This document shows, piece by piece, positions 22,055-33,386 of a stretch of 64,000 nt of DNA. How positions within the stretch are numbered: position 1 is the stretch's first letter; each line of letters starts with the position of its first letter. The stretch is taken from the NCBI GenBank assembly GCA_965657355.1, contig CBFHOE010000006.1, forward strand, positions 111,217 to 175,216, in the 5' to 3' direction. The notes below the pieces were generated by a model that was given only the letters and a program-made list of their open reading frames with translations, had not been told where the DNA came from and made no database searches. Position numbers and translations under genes: made by a program. The stretch comes from Limisphaerales bacterium. Its GTDB lineage: Bacteria; Verrucomicrobiota; Verrucomicrobiia; Limisphaerales; JAJOIW01.

Positions 22055-22884
22055 AGGATAAAAATAAGCCTAAAGTTAAAAAATTAATAAACTGAGTTAG
22101 ATGAGGTTTTTTGTTCTGCATACCTATATCTTAATTAATCATATTTTTGAAAGTTCAGCTCTTGATACGGTCAAGATGTTCAGCTCGTGTTTCAGAAGCC
22201 AGGCGAATAGTTTGTAAGGAATACTGGAGCAGATGAGGCTATTTGTCAGCTTGAATATTAAGTGGCAAGATCATGAGAATTTAATAAAAAAGAGCCACCA
22301 TCCGCATGGAAGGTGACTCAAACCTATTTAAACAACCAACTAACAATAGTAGCTTATTCTCGATTCCAGTTGGTGATCTGGAATGATGAATTGTATTTAC
22401 TAATCGAATCTGACCTCGAGATGCGGGTTTGATGACCATTGCGGACCAGGCAAGGGCTCAAATTACGAAATGTTTCGAATCGCACACCTCGACACCACGA
22501 TTCAGGATCATTCTCGATGGATCCTTTTTTTCTTCGATAATTGTCGAGCAGCATGGCTACCTTGTGTGTAATTAAACTTTTCATTTCTGCATCTTTTAGC
22601 CGTTTTAACTATCTAATATAACACAAGCTTGAGATTCTATCGACGCCCAAGCTTGGAAACTGTTATTACATAAGGATACCGGCAATTTCCCAGACTCTTT
22701 CACAATATTTTTGATCGTTCTTCTTCAATGATTTTAAAAACAAGAAATTTAGGATTATTGTTTTGTAAAAAATGAAACTCGTCTCGCTTACGATGGCGGT
22801 TGGAACGTTATTGTGGATAGGAAATGTTTTGAGCATTTTAACGTTTAATTTTTTGCCTTAAGCGTCGAAAGAGGCCTTTGATCA

Positions 22885-23904
22885 TTAGGGGTTTCCCGAA
22901 AAGAAATGAAAAGCTCCTGAAACATCTCCCTCATGTCCCCCATCGAAAATAGTCACAGTAGCGTTTCCTGCCTTACGATAGAAAAGGACCTTTTTCTTTC
23001 TGCCCATAAATCCTTTCCCATTGTGTACAAAGTTTCGCGGAACGTGCCGGTTACCCACGATGTGCGCAAGTAATTCTTGTGAAATTTTGTTCTGAGATTG
23101 GTTATTGGCTTCAGCTAATTCATTAAATGCTAATAGGGTGTGCGATACTGGCACGGAGCCATCGTAGCCATCATTAATTCCTGCATTAATCTGTATTCTC
23201 ACTTCGGAGAGGGCTGTTCGAGATAAAAAATTTAGAGGCGATCGTTTATAATAGTTATTATCGACCTTTTTATTTGCGCCAGGTTTGCCCCCACATACCA
23301 ATTCTAAATCTTTATAATATTTGCGGCCTGATATGCGGCATTGTTCATGCCAAGCGGCCAGGTCCGTAATTGGAACCCAGCTCGATACTCCATTCCATAG
23401 CTCAGGGTGCCTCGCCACCATCATTAATGCCATATGTCCTCCTCCAGAAACTCCGTATAAATATATTTTTTTAGAGTCTATATTCCAACAACTCTTCATA
23501 TAATGCACAGCGTCGAGAACATCCCGGATAGCTAAATCACTGGCACAGGCTTCTGGTCTTTTATTCGGACCTCGAAAATCAGGCATCACCATCGCCCACC
23601 CTTTTTTGGAGCACTCATTAAGAACCGAAACCATTCCAGGAACAGGCCCTCCACCGAATTTATTTTGCCGATAATTACCAGACCAAGTGTGAAGCACCAC
23701 AATCAATGGCATGGGAGATTTTGATCCGCCTTTTGGTATCCATATGCGCGCTTTCTGTGTGGATTGAGATTTACTCTCCGGAATATCGACTTCTCGAATC
23801 TGGGTAAAAATGGGTTTTTCTTCAAATCCGCCCTCCTGGCCAATTATTCTGCAGGGTATGATTATTGAAAAAATGATGAGTATATGAATAAAAATGAATG
23901 CCAT
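22885..23904 (-). CDS. Secreted alpha/beta hydrolase (S9-like esterase/peptidase)
   Basis: LHTWSG, PDFRG, nucleophile GVSGGG, D-G-S-VP, FDGGHE; alternative start at 23949. Confidence 0.85.
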   Translation of the reverse strand: MAFIFIHILIIFSIIIPCRIIGQEGGFEEKPIFTQIREVDIPESKSQSTQKARIWIPKGGSKSPMPLIVVLHTWSGNYRQNKFGGGPVPGMVSVLNECSKKGWAMVMPDFRGPNKRPEACASDLAIRDVLDAVHYMKSCWNIDSKKIYLYGVSGGGHMALMMVARHPELWNGVSSWVPITDLAAWHEQCRISGRKYYKDLELVCGGKPGANKKVDNNYYKRSPLNFLSRTALSEVRIQINAGINDGYDGSVPVSHTLLAFNELAEANNQSQNKISQELLAHIVGNRHVPRNFVHNGKGFMGRKKKVLFYRKAGNATVTIFDGGHEGDVSGAFHFFSGNP

Positions 23905-24082
23905 TTCGCTTTTTGGAATTATAAAATTGTAACGATTTTGAAGGTTCAATTCGAAATAATTAAGAAAAGTTAAAATATCTTGAAAGGTATCCTAACCACC
24001 AAGGTATTCCTTCATGTCAGTGGTGATCACTGGCTAAGTTATAACCGAAACAATAAATTAATAGACCTGGACCTATCCAAAT

Positions 24083-24117
24083 GAAAAAACCCCGCTGAGT
24101 GGCGGGGCTTTTTTTTT
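24083..24117. terminator. Intrinsic terminator hairpin
   Basis: A-run, CCCCGC-TGAGTG-GCGGGG, long T-run. Confidence 0.7.
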
Positions 24118-24203
24118 GGTTTCACGCCCGCCAAACGGAGGCCCTATATATCGTCTTAAATACTAATGGTTTTAAAAATCTGATGGCGACCAAAAGGCTG
24201 CAT

Positions 24204-24230
24204 AAAAAAACCGGGACATTTCCCGGTTTT
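24204..24230 (-). terminator. Terminator after the cytochrome c gene
   Basis: AAAAAAACCGGGA-CATT-TCCCGGTTTT. Confidence 0.75.
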
Positions 24231-24257
24231 AGAAATTCTTAGATGAGAAAGTGTTTA

Positions 24258-24755
24258 TTAGTCTTTTTTAAGAATTTTGACGTCTTTTGGCCACACGGCG
24301 CCCTGATCGATCCAAGTTCGGATTAACGAGACCTGCTTTTGCGTTAACTTCTTATATTTTTCACGCTTGCTCACTAATGGCATCCAATAATCTTCGCCTG
24401 CATCATCGTCTCCATAGGCAGTGATAGCATCTGAGATCATGTAAACCAGTGGACTTTTATCAGATTTTTTCAAAATGATTGCCTTTAACTCGCTTCGTCC
24501 GCCTTTAATGGTCTTTTCCCTTGTGGACATGGAGTATTTCCCTTTAGGACGCCTCATATTATCGGCATGACAATTAATGCATGCTTTTTCAAATATAGGT
24601 TTGATTTCTTTGACAAAATCGATCTTCTTATCGGTTTTGAGTGGGGCTGGGATTTTCGACTTGTCCACCTTGTATTCATCTAATGCGAGGAGGCTACTGG
24701 AACTGAGTATCACCATCGAAATAGTGAGTAACATGATATTCGTGATCTTTTTCAT
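24258..24755 (-). CDS. Planctomycete-type cytochrome c domain protein
   Basis: Signal peptide; IDFVKEIKPIFEKACINCH; MP...LIRTWIDQGA. Confidence 0.9.
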   Translation of the reverse strand: MKKITNIMLLTISMVILSSSSLLALDEYKVDKSKIPAPLKTDKKIDFVKEIKPIFEKACINCHADNMRRPKGKYSMSTREKTIKGGRSELKAIILKKSDKSPLVYMISDAITAYGDDDAGEDYWMPLVSKREKYKKLTQKQVSLIRTWIDQGAVWPKDVKILKKD

Positions 24756-24914
24756 ATCCGTATTGTAGTTTGATTAATATTCTAATTATGGATTGGATGG
24801 CCCTGGAAACAAATAAATTCACTGAAAATGCGACAATTTTGTAATCGAATAAAAAAATCCGAGCGAAAAGTCGCCCGGATTATCACAAAATAAGAAAATC
24901 TAATCGATTTTTAA

Positions 24915-26072
24915 CTATTTAGAGAACTTAACGTCTGTCCAATTTCCAGTTTGAGCAGAATTGAGAACAGCATCGCAAACATATTGAGTGTTCAAAGCGT
25001 CCCTAAATGAGGGTCTTACAGGAGGATTTCCTGCTTCAAGAGATTTTAGAAATTCATAAACACCATGAACAAAACTGTGTTCATAACCAATTTGCAGGCC
25101 AGGTACCCACCAATTAGCCATATAAGGGTGATCTCCACCGTCAGTAACGTGGACATCTCTCCAACCTCGAACCTTAGCATCATCACCGTGATCAAAATAC
25201 TTCATACGATGAAGATCGTGAAGATCCCATGAGATTGAGCTGTTTTCTCCGTTGATTTCAAAAGTGTAAAGAGCCTTGTGACCACGGGCATACCGAGTGG
25301 ACTCAAAAAGTCCAAGTGATCCATTCTCAAAACGACACATGAAAGCACAGGCATCATCGATACCGACCTTTTCGACCTCTCCCGTAAGACTGTGCTTTCT
25401 TTCCTTTATAAAGGTTTCTGTCATTGCTGTTACCGATTTTACAGGCCCATTAATCCATATGGCCGTGTCTAAACAGTGCGCAAGGAGATCCCCTGTCACA
25501 CCAGAACCAGCTGCGTTAACGTCTAATCTCCACAGAGCCGCCCCTCCCTGAGGAAGCTCAGGATTAATGGTCCAATCCTGAAGAAAGTTAGCTCTGTAAT
25601 GAAAAATGCGACCTAGTTTCCCCTCTTCAACGATCTGCTTAGCCAAAGTGACGGCAGGAACAAATCGGTAATTATACCAGACCATGTTCGGCAAATCCTT
25701 TGCCTCTACAGCCGCTACCATTTTTTCTCCTTCCTCAGCCGTCATTGACAGTGGCTTTTCACAGAGAACCATCTTTCCTGCTTCGGCTGCAGCCAATGCT
25801 ATTTCAGCGTGCATGTTGTTCGGAGTGCAGATGTCGATAGCATCAATATCATCGCGCTCAATAAGCCGGCGCCAATCAGATTCCGTTGTCTCCCAACCCC
25901 ACTGATCAGCAAATTCCTTCAGTTGTTCCTGATTCCTGCCACAAGCAGCTTTTAGATGAGGTGTATACTCCGTATCAAAGAAATTTGAGACTTTGCGATA
26001 ACCATTGGAGTGTGTCCGACCCATAAAACCATAGCCAACTATTCCAATATTTAATTTTTTTTCTTTAGCCAT
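24915..26072 (-). CDS. Gfo/Idh/MocA oxidoreductase (levoglucosan-dehydrogenase-like)
   Basis: [26 protein letters not shown]. Confidence 0.9.
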   Translation of the reverse strand: MAKEKKLNIGIVGYGFMGRTHSNGYRKVSNFFDTEYTPHLKAACGRNQEQLKEFADQWGWETTESDWRRLIERDDIDAIDICTPNNMHAEIALAAAEAGKMVLCEKPLSMTAEEGEKMVAAVEAKDLPNMVWYNYRFVPAVTLAKQIVEEGKLGRIFHYRANFLQDWTINPELPQGGAALWRLDVNAAGSGVTGDLLAHCLDTAIWINGPVKSVTAMTETFIKERKHSLTGEVEKVGIDDACAFMCRFENGSLGLFESTRYARGHKALYTFEINGENSSISWDLHDLHRMKYFDHGDDAKVRGWRDVHVTDGGDHPYMANWWVPGLQIGYEHSFVHGVYEFLKSLEAGNPPVRPSFRDALNTQYVCDAVLNSAQTGNWTDVKFSK

Positions 26073-26117
26073 TTTTTATAAAATTATTTTAATATTGTAT
26101 ATTAAGTAAATTATTTA

Positions 26118-27152
26118 CTATTCCCATCCTGCCGCATCTCGCACTTCAATCATTTTTCCGAGGATAGTATTCCAAGTTTGAGAGTTTTCCAAGGTGGCGT
26201 TAGGGAACATGCATCCATCCCAACAGATATGTTCAATACCTCTGCTGGTGCCATCTTTGAGCCAGTATTCGGAACATTTCACGATATCCAATTTTCCATT
26301 GGGGTCGTCTGCAGGACAATGCTTTCCTGTTTTGTCATGTGATCCAGCCCCGTGAACCTGGCCATCGTTTTGGGCGACGTGGAAATCGATTGTCCAAGGC
26401 CGAAGCTTATCCGTCATCTGCTCGTATGCAGCATAGAATTCCTCATCGCTGTATGGTTCTTTTAAAAGCGCGTGCTCCGGAGCATTATAACCCATCAGAT
26501 AGAGGTAAGTATGAGCGAGATCCGCCTGGAAACCAAGAGTGTCCGGCATACCCACTTCCTCGAGAAGGTCGAGCATATCCTTCCAGCTATGCATCCCGGC
26601 CCAACAAATTTCTCCTTCTGCAGCGAGCCTTTCACCGTGGTCAGCGGCTATTTTTGCAGCTTCGCGGAAGGTATTTGCTATTTTCTTAGTGTTTGCGGAT
26701 GGGTTTTCCCTCCATTTCTGAACTCCGAACTCGGCTGAATCAATTCTAATGACTCCATATTTGCGAATACCATGTTCGTTAAATATTCCAGCTATCCGAC
26801 AAGCCATCTTTACAGCGTCGAGAAATTTTCCTGTCGCTTCGCTCTCTCCCATCGCTGAATCACCGATTGTCCCGGGCCAAACTGGCGCTACCAAAGAGCC
26901 AACTGAAAATCCCTTACCCTGTATTAAATCTGCTATGGATTTCAACTCTTCATCACTGGCTTCCGGGTTTGTGTGTGGCAGAAATAAAAAGTAATCAATG
27001 CCATCAAACTTTTGCCCATTGACTTCGGCTGCTGCAGTGAGGTCGAGCATGCGCTCGAGACTAATAGGAGGTTCCTGGCCTTCGTCCGTACCTTTGCCAA
27101 CTAATCCAGGCCACATCGCATTGTGAAGCTTTGGTAATTTTTTTGTACTCAT
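26118..27152 (-). CDS. Sugar-phosphate isomerase/epimerase (xylose-isomerase-like TIM barrel)
   Basis: [20 protein letters not shown] metal-ligand pattern. Confidence 0.8.
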   Translation of the reverse strand: MSTKKLPKLHNAMWPGLVGKGTDEGQEPPISLERMLDLTAAAEVNGQKFDGIDYFLFLPHTNPEASDEELKSIADLIQGKGFSVGSLVAPVWPGTIGDSAMGESEATGKFLDAVKMACRIAGIFNEHGIRKYGVIRIDSAEFGVQKWRENPSANTKKIANTFREAAKIAADHGERLAAEGEICWAGMHSWKDMLDLLEEVGMPDTLGFQADLAHTYLYLMGYNAPEHALLKEPYSDEEFYAAYEQMTDKLRPWTIDFHVAQNDGQVHGAGSHDKTGKHCPADDPNGKLDIVKCSEYWLKDGTSRGIEHICWDGCMFPNATLENSQTWNTILGKMIEVRDAAGWE

Positions 27153-27197
27153 ATTATATGTTATTAATTAATCGTTTTAGTAAATTAGATATTCAAG

Positions 27198-28457
27198 TTA
27201 ATGAATCCTATTAATTTCTGGAGCTTGAGGGTTTACGTCCGGGCCAAAGTATCTGAGGACGACAAGTGGGTCGGTTTTTGAAGTATTTTCAAAAGTCACG
27301 CCAGATTTCGCAGCGGTTTCAGTGGCAAAGACCTCATCCTGGGTTAACTGGTTAAAACGAATAAGATCGGGGCAATCAATATTTAACTTATTCATTCTTC
27401 CCTTTCCTTGAACAACGACAAGGCCATAAGCACCGTTGTCTTTGATGGTGCATTTTTGACCTGGATCAACAGTTAATTCTTTGGCTGTAAAATACTGGAA
27501 ACCTTTCATCGTTCCGTAAACGATCCAGCGATCGACATATCCTTCAGATGCTGAATCGCCGATAGGAATTGGCTCCAGATAGTGGTTTTGCTTGAAGTGT
27601 GGATCAACATTGCCCTCCCAATCCAACTGATTGACGATGAAATCAAGGTCCTGGTGCTTATCTCGAGGCATGTCTTTCACCAAAAGGTCCCAAGGGACTC
27701 GCCTGCCTTCAACCAAGGACTGAAACATTCCAAAAACATCAGATCCCCATTGTGGCTCATAGGTGCAGAGAGACCCGGGAGCGTGAAGTATGCAGGGATC
27801 GATAAGCCAACCGGTTCCAACTTTGAGTCTATATGCTCGTGAGAGATCCAGGATGCCGTTATCTCCTTTGTTCCAATTTTCGAGACATTTCCTGACCTGC
27901 TCTTTGGTTGTTCCGGGCTCAAGCCCCATAAATGTATATGGAAAATTGTTCCCTACGTTATTGTGTTGCGGGGGAAAATAATAAGACTCCGGTTTGCATT
28001 CTTGCCCTACCAATGCAGCTTGCTCGGCGTTTTGGTGCATGTGGTGTGGAATTGGTCCCATGTTGTCGAAAAACTTCGCAAATACGGGCCATTTTGAATA
28101 TTTCCTCCAAATGGCTTCCCCGATGAGTTGTGCTCCGCATTCGGCTACTGCGGATTGGAGGGTAAACCGTTCATTGCCATGAATGACATAGCTTAAGCCC
28201 TCATCCGGCTCCCTGTTCTCATTGGCTGCTGGTATGGTTGAGGCAAACCAGCGTTCATCGATACCACCCCTGTGCAGTCCATAAGAGTACAGATCATCCG
28301 GGTGTAATTTCAGTCTCCTACCGGGTTGCAGAAAGGATCTTGGGACCCAGCAAGGGGCCAAACGCAAAAGCCCGTCAGATTCTTGAAGAGCGGCATCGAC
28401 TTTGTCCTTTATCCGGCTTTCGATAGTCGATAATTCCTGAACCGTGCGAGCTTTCAT
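27198..28457 (-). CDS. Mannose-6-phosphate-isomerase-like bicupin protein
   Basis: DERW, KFFD...PHHMHQ, KPESYYF, LHAPG, YEPQ-x-x-SD. Confidence 0.7.
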   Translation of the reverse strand: MKARTVQELSTIESRIKDKVDAALQESDGLLRLAPCWVPRSFLQPGRRLKLHPDDLYSYGLHRGGIDERWFASTIPAANENREPDEGLSYVIHGNERFTLQSAVAECGAQLIGEAIWRKYSKWPVFAKFFDNMGPIPHHMHQNAEQAALVGQECKPESYYFPPQHNNVGNNFPYTFMGLEPGTTKEQVRKCLENWNKGDNGILDLSRAYRLKVGTGWLIDPCILHAPGSLCTYEPQWGSDVFGMFQSLVEGRRVPWDLLVKDMPRDKHQDLDFIVNQLDWEGNVDPHFKQNHYLEPIPIGDSASEGYVDRWIVYGTMKGFQYFTAKELTVDPGQKCTIKDNGAYGLVVVQGKGRMNKLNIDCPDLIRFNQLTQDEVFATETAAKSGVTFENTSKTDPLVVLRYFGPDVNPQAPEINRIH

Positions 28458-28623
28458 TCAATATAGATTTTTCACCCATTCTTCCAAAACCCATTTGGAA
28501 ACCAAATTGCCATCACCGGACAATTCTTAGTGGGTATGACATAGATTAGACAAATACTCAGATTTTTTCCACGCAATTTTGCAGTATTTTGGGGTCCTTT
28601 TGTTTCCCGAAATTTACCAAAAC

Positions 28624-28944
28624 CTAAATGGGTTTTGGGTTGTATTGGGTATGTGCTACATAATCTATTTCCTGGAATTCCATAACCTCATGCACCCAAA
28701 TATCCTCGACATAGGAGCAGTGGTCCGGGTGGTCGTTGTAAGCCTGGTATTCGTCATGGGAGTTAAAAACCATTGAAAAACCGAATTTAAAGTTACATTT
28801 GGGGCTTGTTTGGTTGAGAACCGAGAAATGATTCACGCCTGGAATGGCAGAAAGGATTTTGAAGCTTTTTTCAAAAAATTGGGCTTCTTCAATACTATTG
28901 ACGGGATGCTTTAGGTTGAAAAACACGCTGTGAACTATGGACAT
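28624..28944 (-). CDS. Dabb family stress-responsive protein
   Basis: IVHSVFF, IPGV, YNDHPDH, EIDY. Confidence 0.85.
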   Translation of the reverse strand: MSIVHSVFFNLKHPVNSIEEAQFFEKSFKILSAIPGVNHFSVLNQTSPKCNFKFGFSMVFNSHDEYQAYNDHPDHCSYVEDIWVHEVMEFQEIDYVAHTQYNPKPI

Positions 28945-29188
28945 GGGGAATGAATTAAATGGGCAAAATTTCTAACAATCAACCCTCAAAGAATCAAATG
29001 TTCGCCCTGAGAAAATAGGGTAAAACAAATTAACATTAGGATATTGAAAATAGTTAATACTGACCGAATACTCTAAGTTAGGTATTTCTGTTTGCTTAAG
29101 TTGCGCGTGACAGGGTCGCTCGATGAGGGGGCCTTGACTGAAATATGGCGGACAGTTAATTTTATCAAGTAATCGAAAATAAATAAAT

Positions 29189-29815
29189 ATGATGCAGAAT
29201 GTGTTAGTTCCCATGGTTGTCGAGCAAACTGGTCGCGGAGAGCGCGCCCAGGATATCTACTCACGTCTTTTAGAAGATCGGATTGTCTTTATGGGAACCG
29301 AAGTGAATGACCAAATTTCAAACTTAGTCGTAGCCCAGCTACTTTTCCTCCAAAGCAAAGACCCCAAAAAAGACATTCACCTCTATATTAACAGCCCAGG
29401 TGGCAGTGTGACATCCGGATTGGCCATCTATGACACCATGCAATACATATCTTGTGATGTGAACACCTATTGTATCGGGCAAGCAGCCTCTATGGGAGCT
29501 GTCCTATTGTGCGGAGGAGCAAAAGGGAAAAGATATTCATTGCCCAATTCTAATATAATGATTCACCAAGTACTTGGAGGAGCCCAAGGTCAGGCAAGTG
29601 ATGTTGAAATTCGAGTAAAGCACATGCTGGAGTTGAAAAGCCGACTCAACAATATCATTTCATCCCACACAGGCCAGGCAGTCGAACAAGTCGAACAAGA
29701 CTGTGACAGAGATAATTTCATGACTGCGCAGGAGGCGAAAGACTATGGTATTGTGGATCAAGTCGTGGATTTCCGAAAGGATGCCCACCCGCTAGCAGTA
29801 GAAGAAAAGTCTTAA
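29189..29815 (+). CDS. clpP: ATP-dependent Clp protease proteolytic subunit
   Basis: [37 protein letters not shown]. Confidence 0.98.
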   Translation: MMQNVLVPMVVEQTGRGERAQDIYSRLLEDRIVFMGTEVNDQISNLVVAQLLFLQSKDPKKDIHLYINSPGGSVTSGLAIYDTMQYISCDVNTYCIGQAASMGAVLLCGGAKGKRYSLPNSNIMIHQVLGGAQGQASDVEIRVKHMLELKSRLNNIISSHTGQAVEQVEQDCDRDNFMTAQEAKDYGIVDQVVDFRKDAHPLAVEEKS

Positions 29816-29915
29816 CCTAATATAATTGCCGTAAGCGGCAACAATATGCCGAATATATTGGAATGGTTTGGCTGTTTGAATCAACTCAACTCAGGATCAT
29901 CCGAAAGAAACTAAC

Positions 29916-31223
29916 ATGGCTCGTCCTAATAATTTAACGCTTTGCAGCTTCTGCGGAAAATCTCACTCGGAGGTTCGAAAGATGATAGCAGGACCAGGTG
30001 TCTACATCTGCGATAACTGCGTTTTGGTTTGTAAAAGTGTTCTCGACAAAGAACTTTCCTCTGATTCCCAGAAAAAGTCTTTCAAAGTTAACCTTCTCAA
30101 GCCTTCGGATATCAAAGAGTCGTTAGATGAATACACCATTGGTCAAGGGCTCGCTAAAAAAGTGCTCTCCGTGGCTGTCTATAATCACTACAAAAGAATC
30201 AACGACAGAACCAATATACCCGAGGAAGGCGAAACCATTGCCAATCAAAATGAGCTACATCCAGATCCGCAAGACGAAGAAATCGAGATAGAAAAATCCA
30301 ATATCCTTCTGGTTGGCCCGACTGGTTCGGGAAAAACATTGTTGGCCCGAACACTTGCAAAACTACTGGATGTTCCTTTTGCAATAGCCGATGCGACTAC
30401 TCTCACTGAAGCTGGTTATGTTGGTGAAGATGTTGAAAATATTGTCCTTCGTTTACTCCAAAACGCCGATTATGATGTCAAAAAGGCTGAAATGGGGATT
30501 ATTTACATCGATGAAATCGATAAAATAGCCAGAAAAACAGAAAATGTCTCCATTACTCGGGATGTCTCAGGTGAAGGGGTTCAACAAGCTCTCCTCAAAA
30601 TTCTTGAGGGAACAGTCTGTAATGTCCCTCCCCAGGGTGGCCGTAAACACCCTCAACAAGAATATATTAAAGTCGACACCAGCAATGTTCTTTTTATTGT
30701 CGGTGGCGCCTTTGTTGGAATTGAAAAAATTATTCGTAGAAGACTAGGACATCAAGTTGTCGGATTCTCAGAAAATAATGACACCAAAATCAATGTCGGT
30801 GAAATGACAGATAGGGAAATCCTTAAGTTCCTGGAGCCAGAGGACTTGCACGTCTATGGCTTTATTCCAGAATTTATTGGGCGCCTCCCCATGTCGACAG
30901 TTCTCCACGAGCTAAACGAAGAAGAATTGGTGCAAGTCATGACAAATACGAAGAATTCATTAATCAAGCAATTTACTAAATTGCTTGATATGGAAAATGT
31001 GGAACTAGAATTTACAACAGGTGCGCTTCATGAACTTGCGAAGCAGGCTGTAGCAAAGCACACCGGAGCCCGTGCTCTTAGGGGTATGATGGAAAAACTT
31101 ATGTTAGACGTCATGTATGAAGTCCCCAACGATGAAAAACTCTCTTCAATCCAAATAACCAGCGAAGTGGTTCGAGGGGAAGCAAAACCAATTAAACACT
31201 TTAATAGGGCTGAAGCGGCTTAA
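29916..31223 (+). CDS. clpX: Clp protease ATP-binding subunit ClpX
   Basis: CSFCGK zinc finger, [25 protein letters not shown]. Confidence 0.99.
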   Translation: MARPNNLTLCSFCGKSHSEVRKMIAGPGVYICDNCVLVCKSVLDKELSSDSQKKSFKVNLLKPSDIKESLDEYTIGQGLAKKVLSVAVYNHYKRINDRTNIPEEGETIANQNELHPDPQDEEIEIEKSNILLVGPTGSGKTLLARTLAKLLDVPFAIADATTLTEAGYVGEDVENIVLRLLQNADYDVKKAEMGIIYIDEIDKIARKTENVSITRDVSGEGVQQALLKILEGTVCNVPPQGGRKHPQQEYIKVDTSNVLFIVGGAFVGIEKIIRRRLGHQVVGFSENNDTKINVGEMTDREILKFLEPEDLHVYGFIPEFIGRLPMSTVLHELNEEELVQVMTNTKNSLIKQFTKLLDMENVELEFTTGALHELAKQAVAKHTGARALRGMMEKLMLDVMYEVPNDEKLSSIQITSEVVRGEAKPIKHFNRAEAA

Positions 31224-31276
31224 TCTTTTTAATACGCATAAACTGCAGATCCCGAGGAATTAAATTGATCACTAGT

Positions 31277-31304
31277 AAAGACCGGAGGACATCCGGTCTT
31301 TTTT
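31277..31304 (+). terminator. Terminator after clpX
   Basis: AAAGACCGGA-GGACA-TCCGGTCTTTTTT. Confidence 0.85.
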
Positions 31305-31417
31305 GTCTCAAAGGGTGTTTGGTTTGAGAAATGAACGGTTCATAATATTTATTTGTTGCTTTAAAAGGCTTTCAAAAATTAAACATAGGAAAAGAATAGA
31401 CAGGATATTTCGAAATA

Positions 31418-32605
31418 ATGACATCCGAAAAAACAACGAACTCTGAGAAATGGGTCTCAGAGCAGCTGAACAAAATTCCCCGTTCGGGAATCCGAGATTT
31501 TTTTGAACTTGTTCAAGGGCGAGCAGATGTCATTTCTCTAGGAGTAGGAGAGCCCGATTTCAGCACTCCTTGGCATATACGTGAGGCGGCAATCTATTCC
31601 TTAGACAAAGGGCACACCAGCTATACCTCAAATTTAGGTATGCCTGAATTGAGAAAGGAGATCAACAGATATGTAGAGGAAACGTTCCAATTATCTTACA
31701 ATCCTGAATCTCAGATTTTGGTGACAGTCGGGGTCAGTGAAGCATTGGATTTGGCAATGAGAGCCGTACTGAATCCCGGGGATGAAGTCATTTACCATGA
31801 ACCTTGCTACGTTAGCTACAGCCCAAGTGTCATCATGGCACACGGAAAACCGATACCGGTTTCTTGTCGGGCTGAAGATAATTTCTCAGTTAAGCCGGAA
31901 GCAATCGAAGATGCCATTACTTCAAAATCCAAAGTTTTATTATTAAATTTCCCCACCAATCCCACAGGGGGTACTATGGATAGACATCAATTGGAGGCCA
32001 TCGCTGAAATTTGTTGTAAACATGATTTACTGGTCATTACAGACGAAATCTATTCCGAGTTGACCTTTGAAGGAGAGCACACAAGTATTGCCAGCATAGA
32101 AGGAATGAAAGAAAGATGCCTTTTCCTTCATGGGTTTTCAAAGGCCTATGCGATGACTGGTTTTAGGATTGGATATGCAGCTGGTCCATCGGCGATCATA
32201 GATGCCATGATGAAAATCCACCAATACTCTATGCTTTGTGCAGGGATTACCGCCCAAGAAGCTGCAATCGAAGCCCTCAAAAATGGAACACCAGCGGTCA
32301 ACCAAATGAGAGAAGAGTATCGAATGAGACGAAATTATGTCATTAGATCTTTCAACGAAATGGGGCTAAACTGTCATACTCCCAGGGGGTCCTTTTATGC
32401 TTTTCCATCCATAAAAAGAACAGGTTTGAGTTCGAGTGACTTCGCTATGCAACTATTAAAAGAGGAGGATGTCGCTTGCGTACCCGGAACCGCCTTCGGA
32501 AATTCTGGAGAGGGATTTATTCGTTGCTGCTTTGCGGCATCCATGGACCATCTTGAAAAAGCTATGGATAAAATGTCCAAATTTTGCGAAAGCCGCATTT
32601 CCTAA
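31418..32605 (+). CDS. Class I/II PLP-dependent aminotransferase
   Basis: LGVGEPDF, NPTG, DEIY, SKAYAMTGFRIG. Confidence 0.95.
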   Translation: MTSEKTTNSEKWVSEQLNKIPRSGIRDFFELVQGRADVISLGVGEPDFSTPWHIREAAIYSLDKGHTSYTSNLGMPELRKEINRYVEETFQLSYNPESQILVTVGVSEALDLAMRAVLNPGDEVIYHEPCYVSYSPSVIMAHGKPIPVSCRAEDNFSVKPEAIEDAITSKSKVLLLNFPTNPTGGTMDRHQLEAIAEICCKHDLLVITDEIYSELTFEGEHTSIASIEGMKERCLFLHGFSKAYAMTGFRIGYAAGPSAIIDAMMKIHQYSMLCAGITAQEAAIEALKNGTPAVNQMREEYRMRRNYVIRSFNEMGLNCHTPRGSFYAFPSIKRTGLSSSDFAMQLLKEEDVACVPGTAFGNSGEGFIRCCFAASMDHLEKAMDKMSKFCESRIS

Positions 32606-32684
32606 TAAAGTTGAAACAACATAAAAATTGTTTAACTTTTTTCCCATTTTAGGATAAGTATTTTTTGTCGAATCCACCAAATAT

Positions 32685-33134
32685 ATGAAAATAAAATCTC
32701 TATTAATCTCCTTCGTTCTTATATGCGTTTCTTACATTGGCGTCTCAAACGCGCAGGAATTCAGTAATGAGTTAAATCAAATTCTTGGAACCTGGCAGAC
32801 TGAAAAAGAAATCGAAGGAAATAAAGCGCATTATGTAATGGAGATAAAAAAAGATTCTACCTTCAAATTTTGGCTGAAAGGAGCCGAAGACAAGGTGACT
32901 TACATGTATGCCGAGGGGAAAATAAAAATTTCAAAGTCCGGTCCATTTAAAATGTTAAAACTCTACGACCTAATGGCAGGCCAGAAGGAAGATAAGGACA
33001 CTTTGGAAAAAACCAATTTTGAAAGAAACTATGTTTTTCAGACCGGGTATAAAAAGATGTTTTTGGCGGCTAATTTTGATGCAGACAGAGAAAATGAAGC
33101 TCCTGAAGTGATGCTTTACAAAAAAATTAAATAG
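32685..33134 (+). CDS. Secreted hypothetical protein (beta-rich)
   Basis: Signal peptide ending SNA-Q; ILGTW motif. Confidence 0.7.
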   Translation: MKIKSLLISFVLICVSYIGVSNAQEFSNELNQILGTWQTEKEIEGNKAHYVMEIKKDSTFKFWLKGAEDKVTYMYAEGKIKISKSGPFKMLKLYDLMAGQKEDKDTLEKTNFERNYVFQTGYKKMFLAANFDADRENEAPEVMLYKKIK

Positions 33135-33196
33135 ACCAGACCGCTCGAAAAAACGATTCATTAACGAATCCAGTTCTTGAATTTCTATAGATATTG

Positions 33197-33226
33197 AAAG
33201 AGCCGCACCGGGAGATGGTGCGGCTC
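33197..33226 (-). terminator. Terminator hairpin downstream of the Do protease gene
   Basis: GAGCCGCACC-N7-GGTGCGGCTC 10-bp stem. Confidence 0.6.
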
Positions 33227-33386
33227 GTTGTATCACCCAATACAACCCATTAACTTCAGGTATTAACAACTCAAAACAACAAATAAACGACCTGTTATTG
33301 CGCTATTTGATGAGACCTGTGAACTTCAACTCAGTCTCATATAAGTAAGACGCATGACACGGCAATTTGTTCATAAAAATTTTGTT

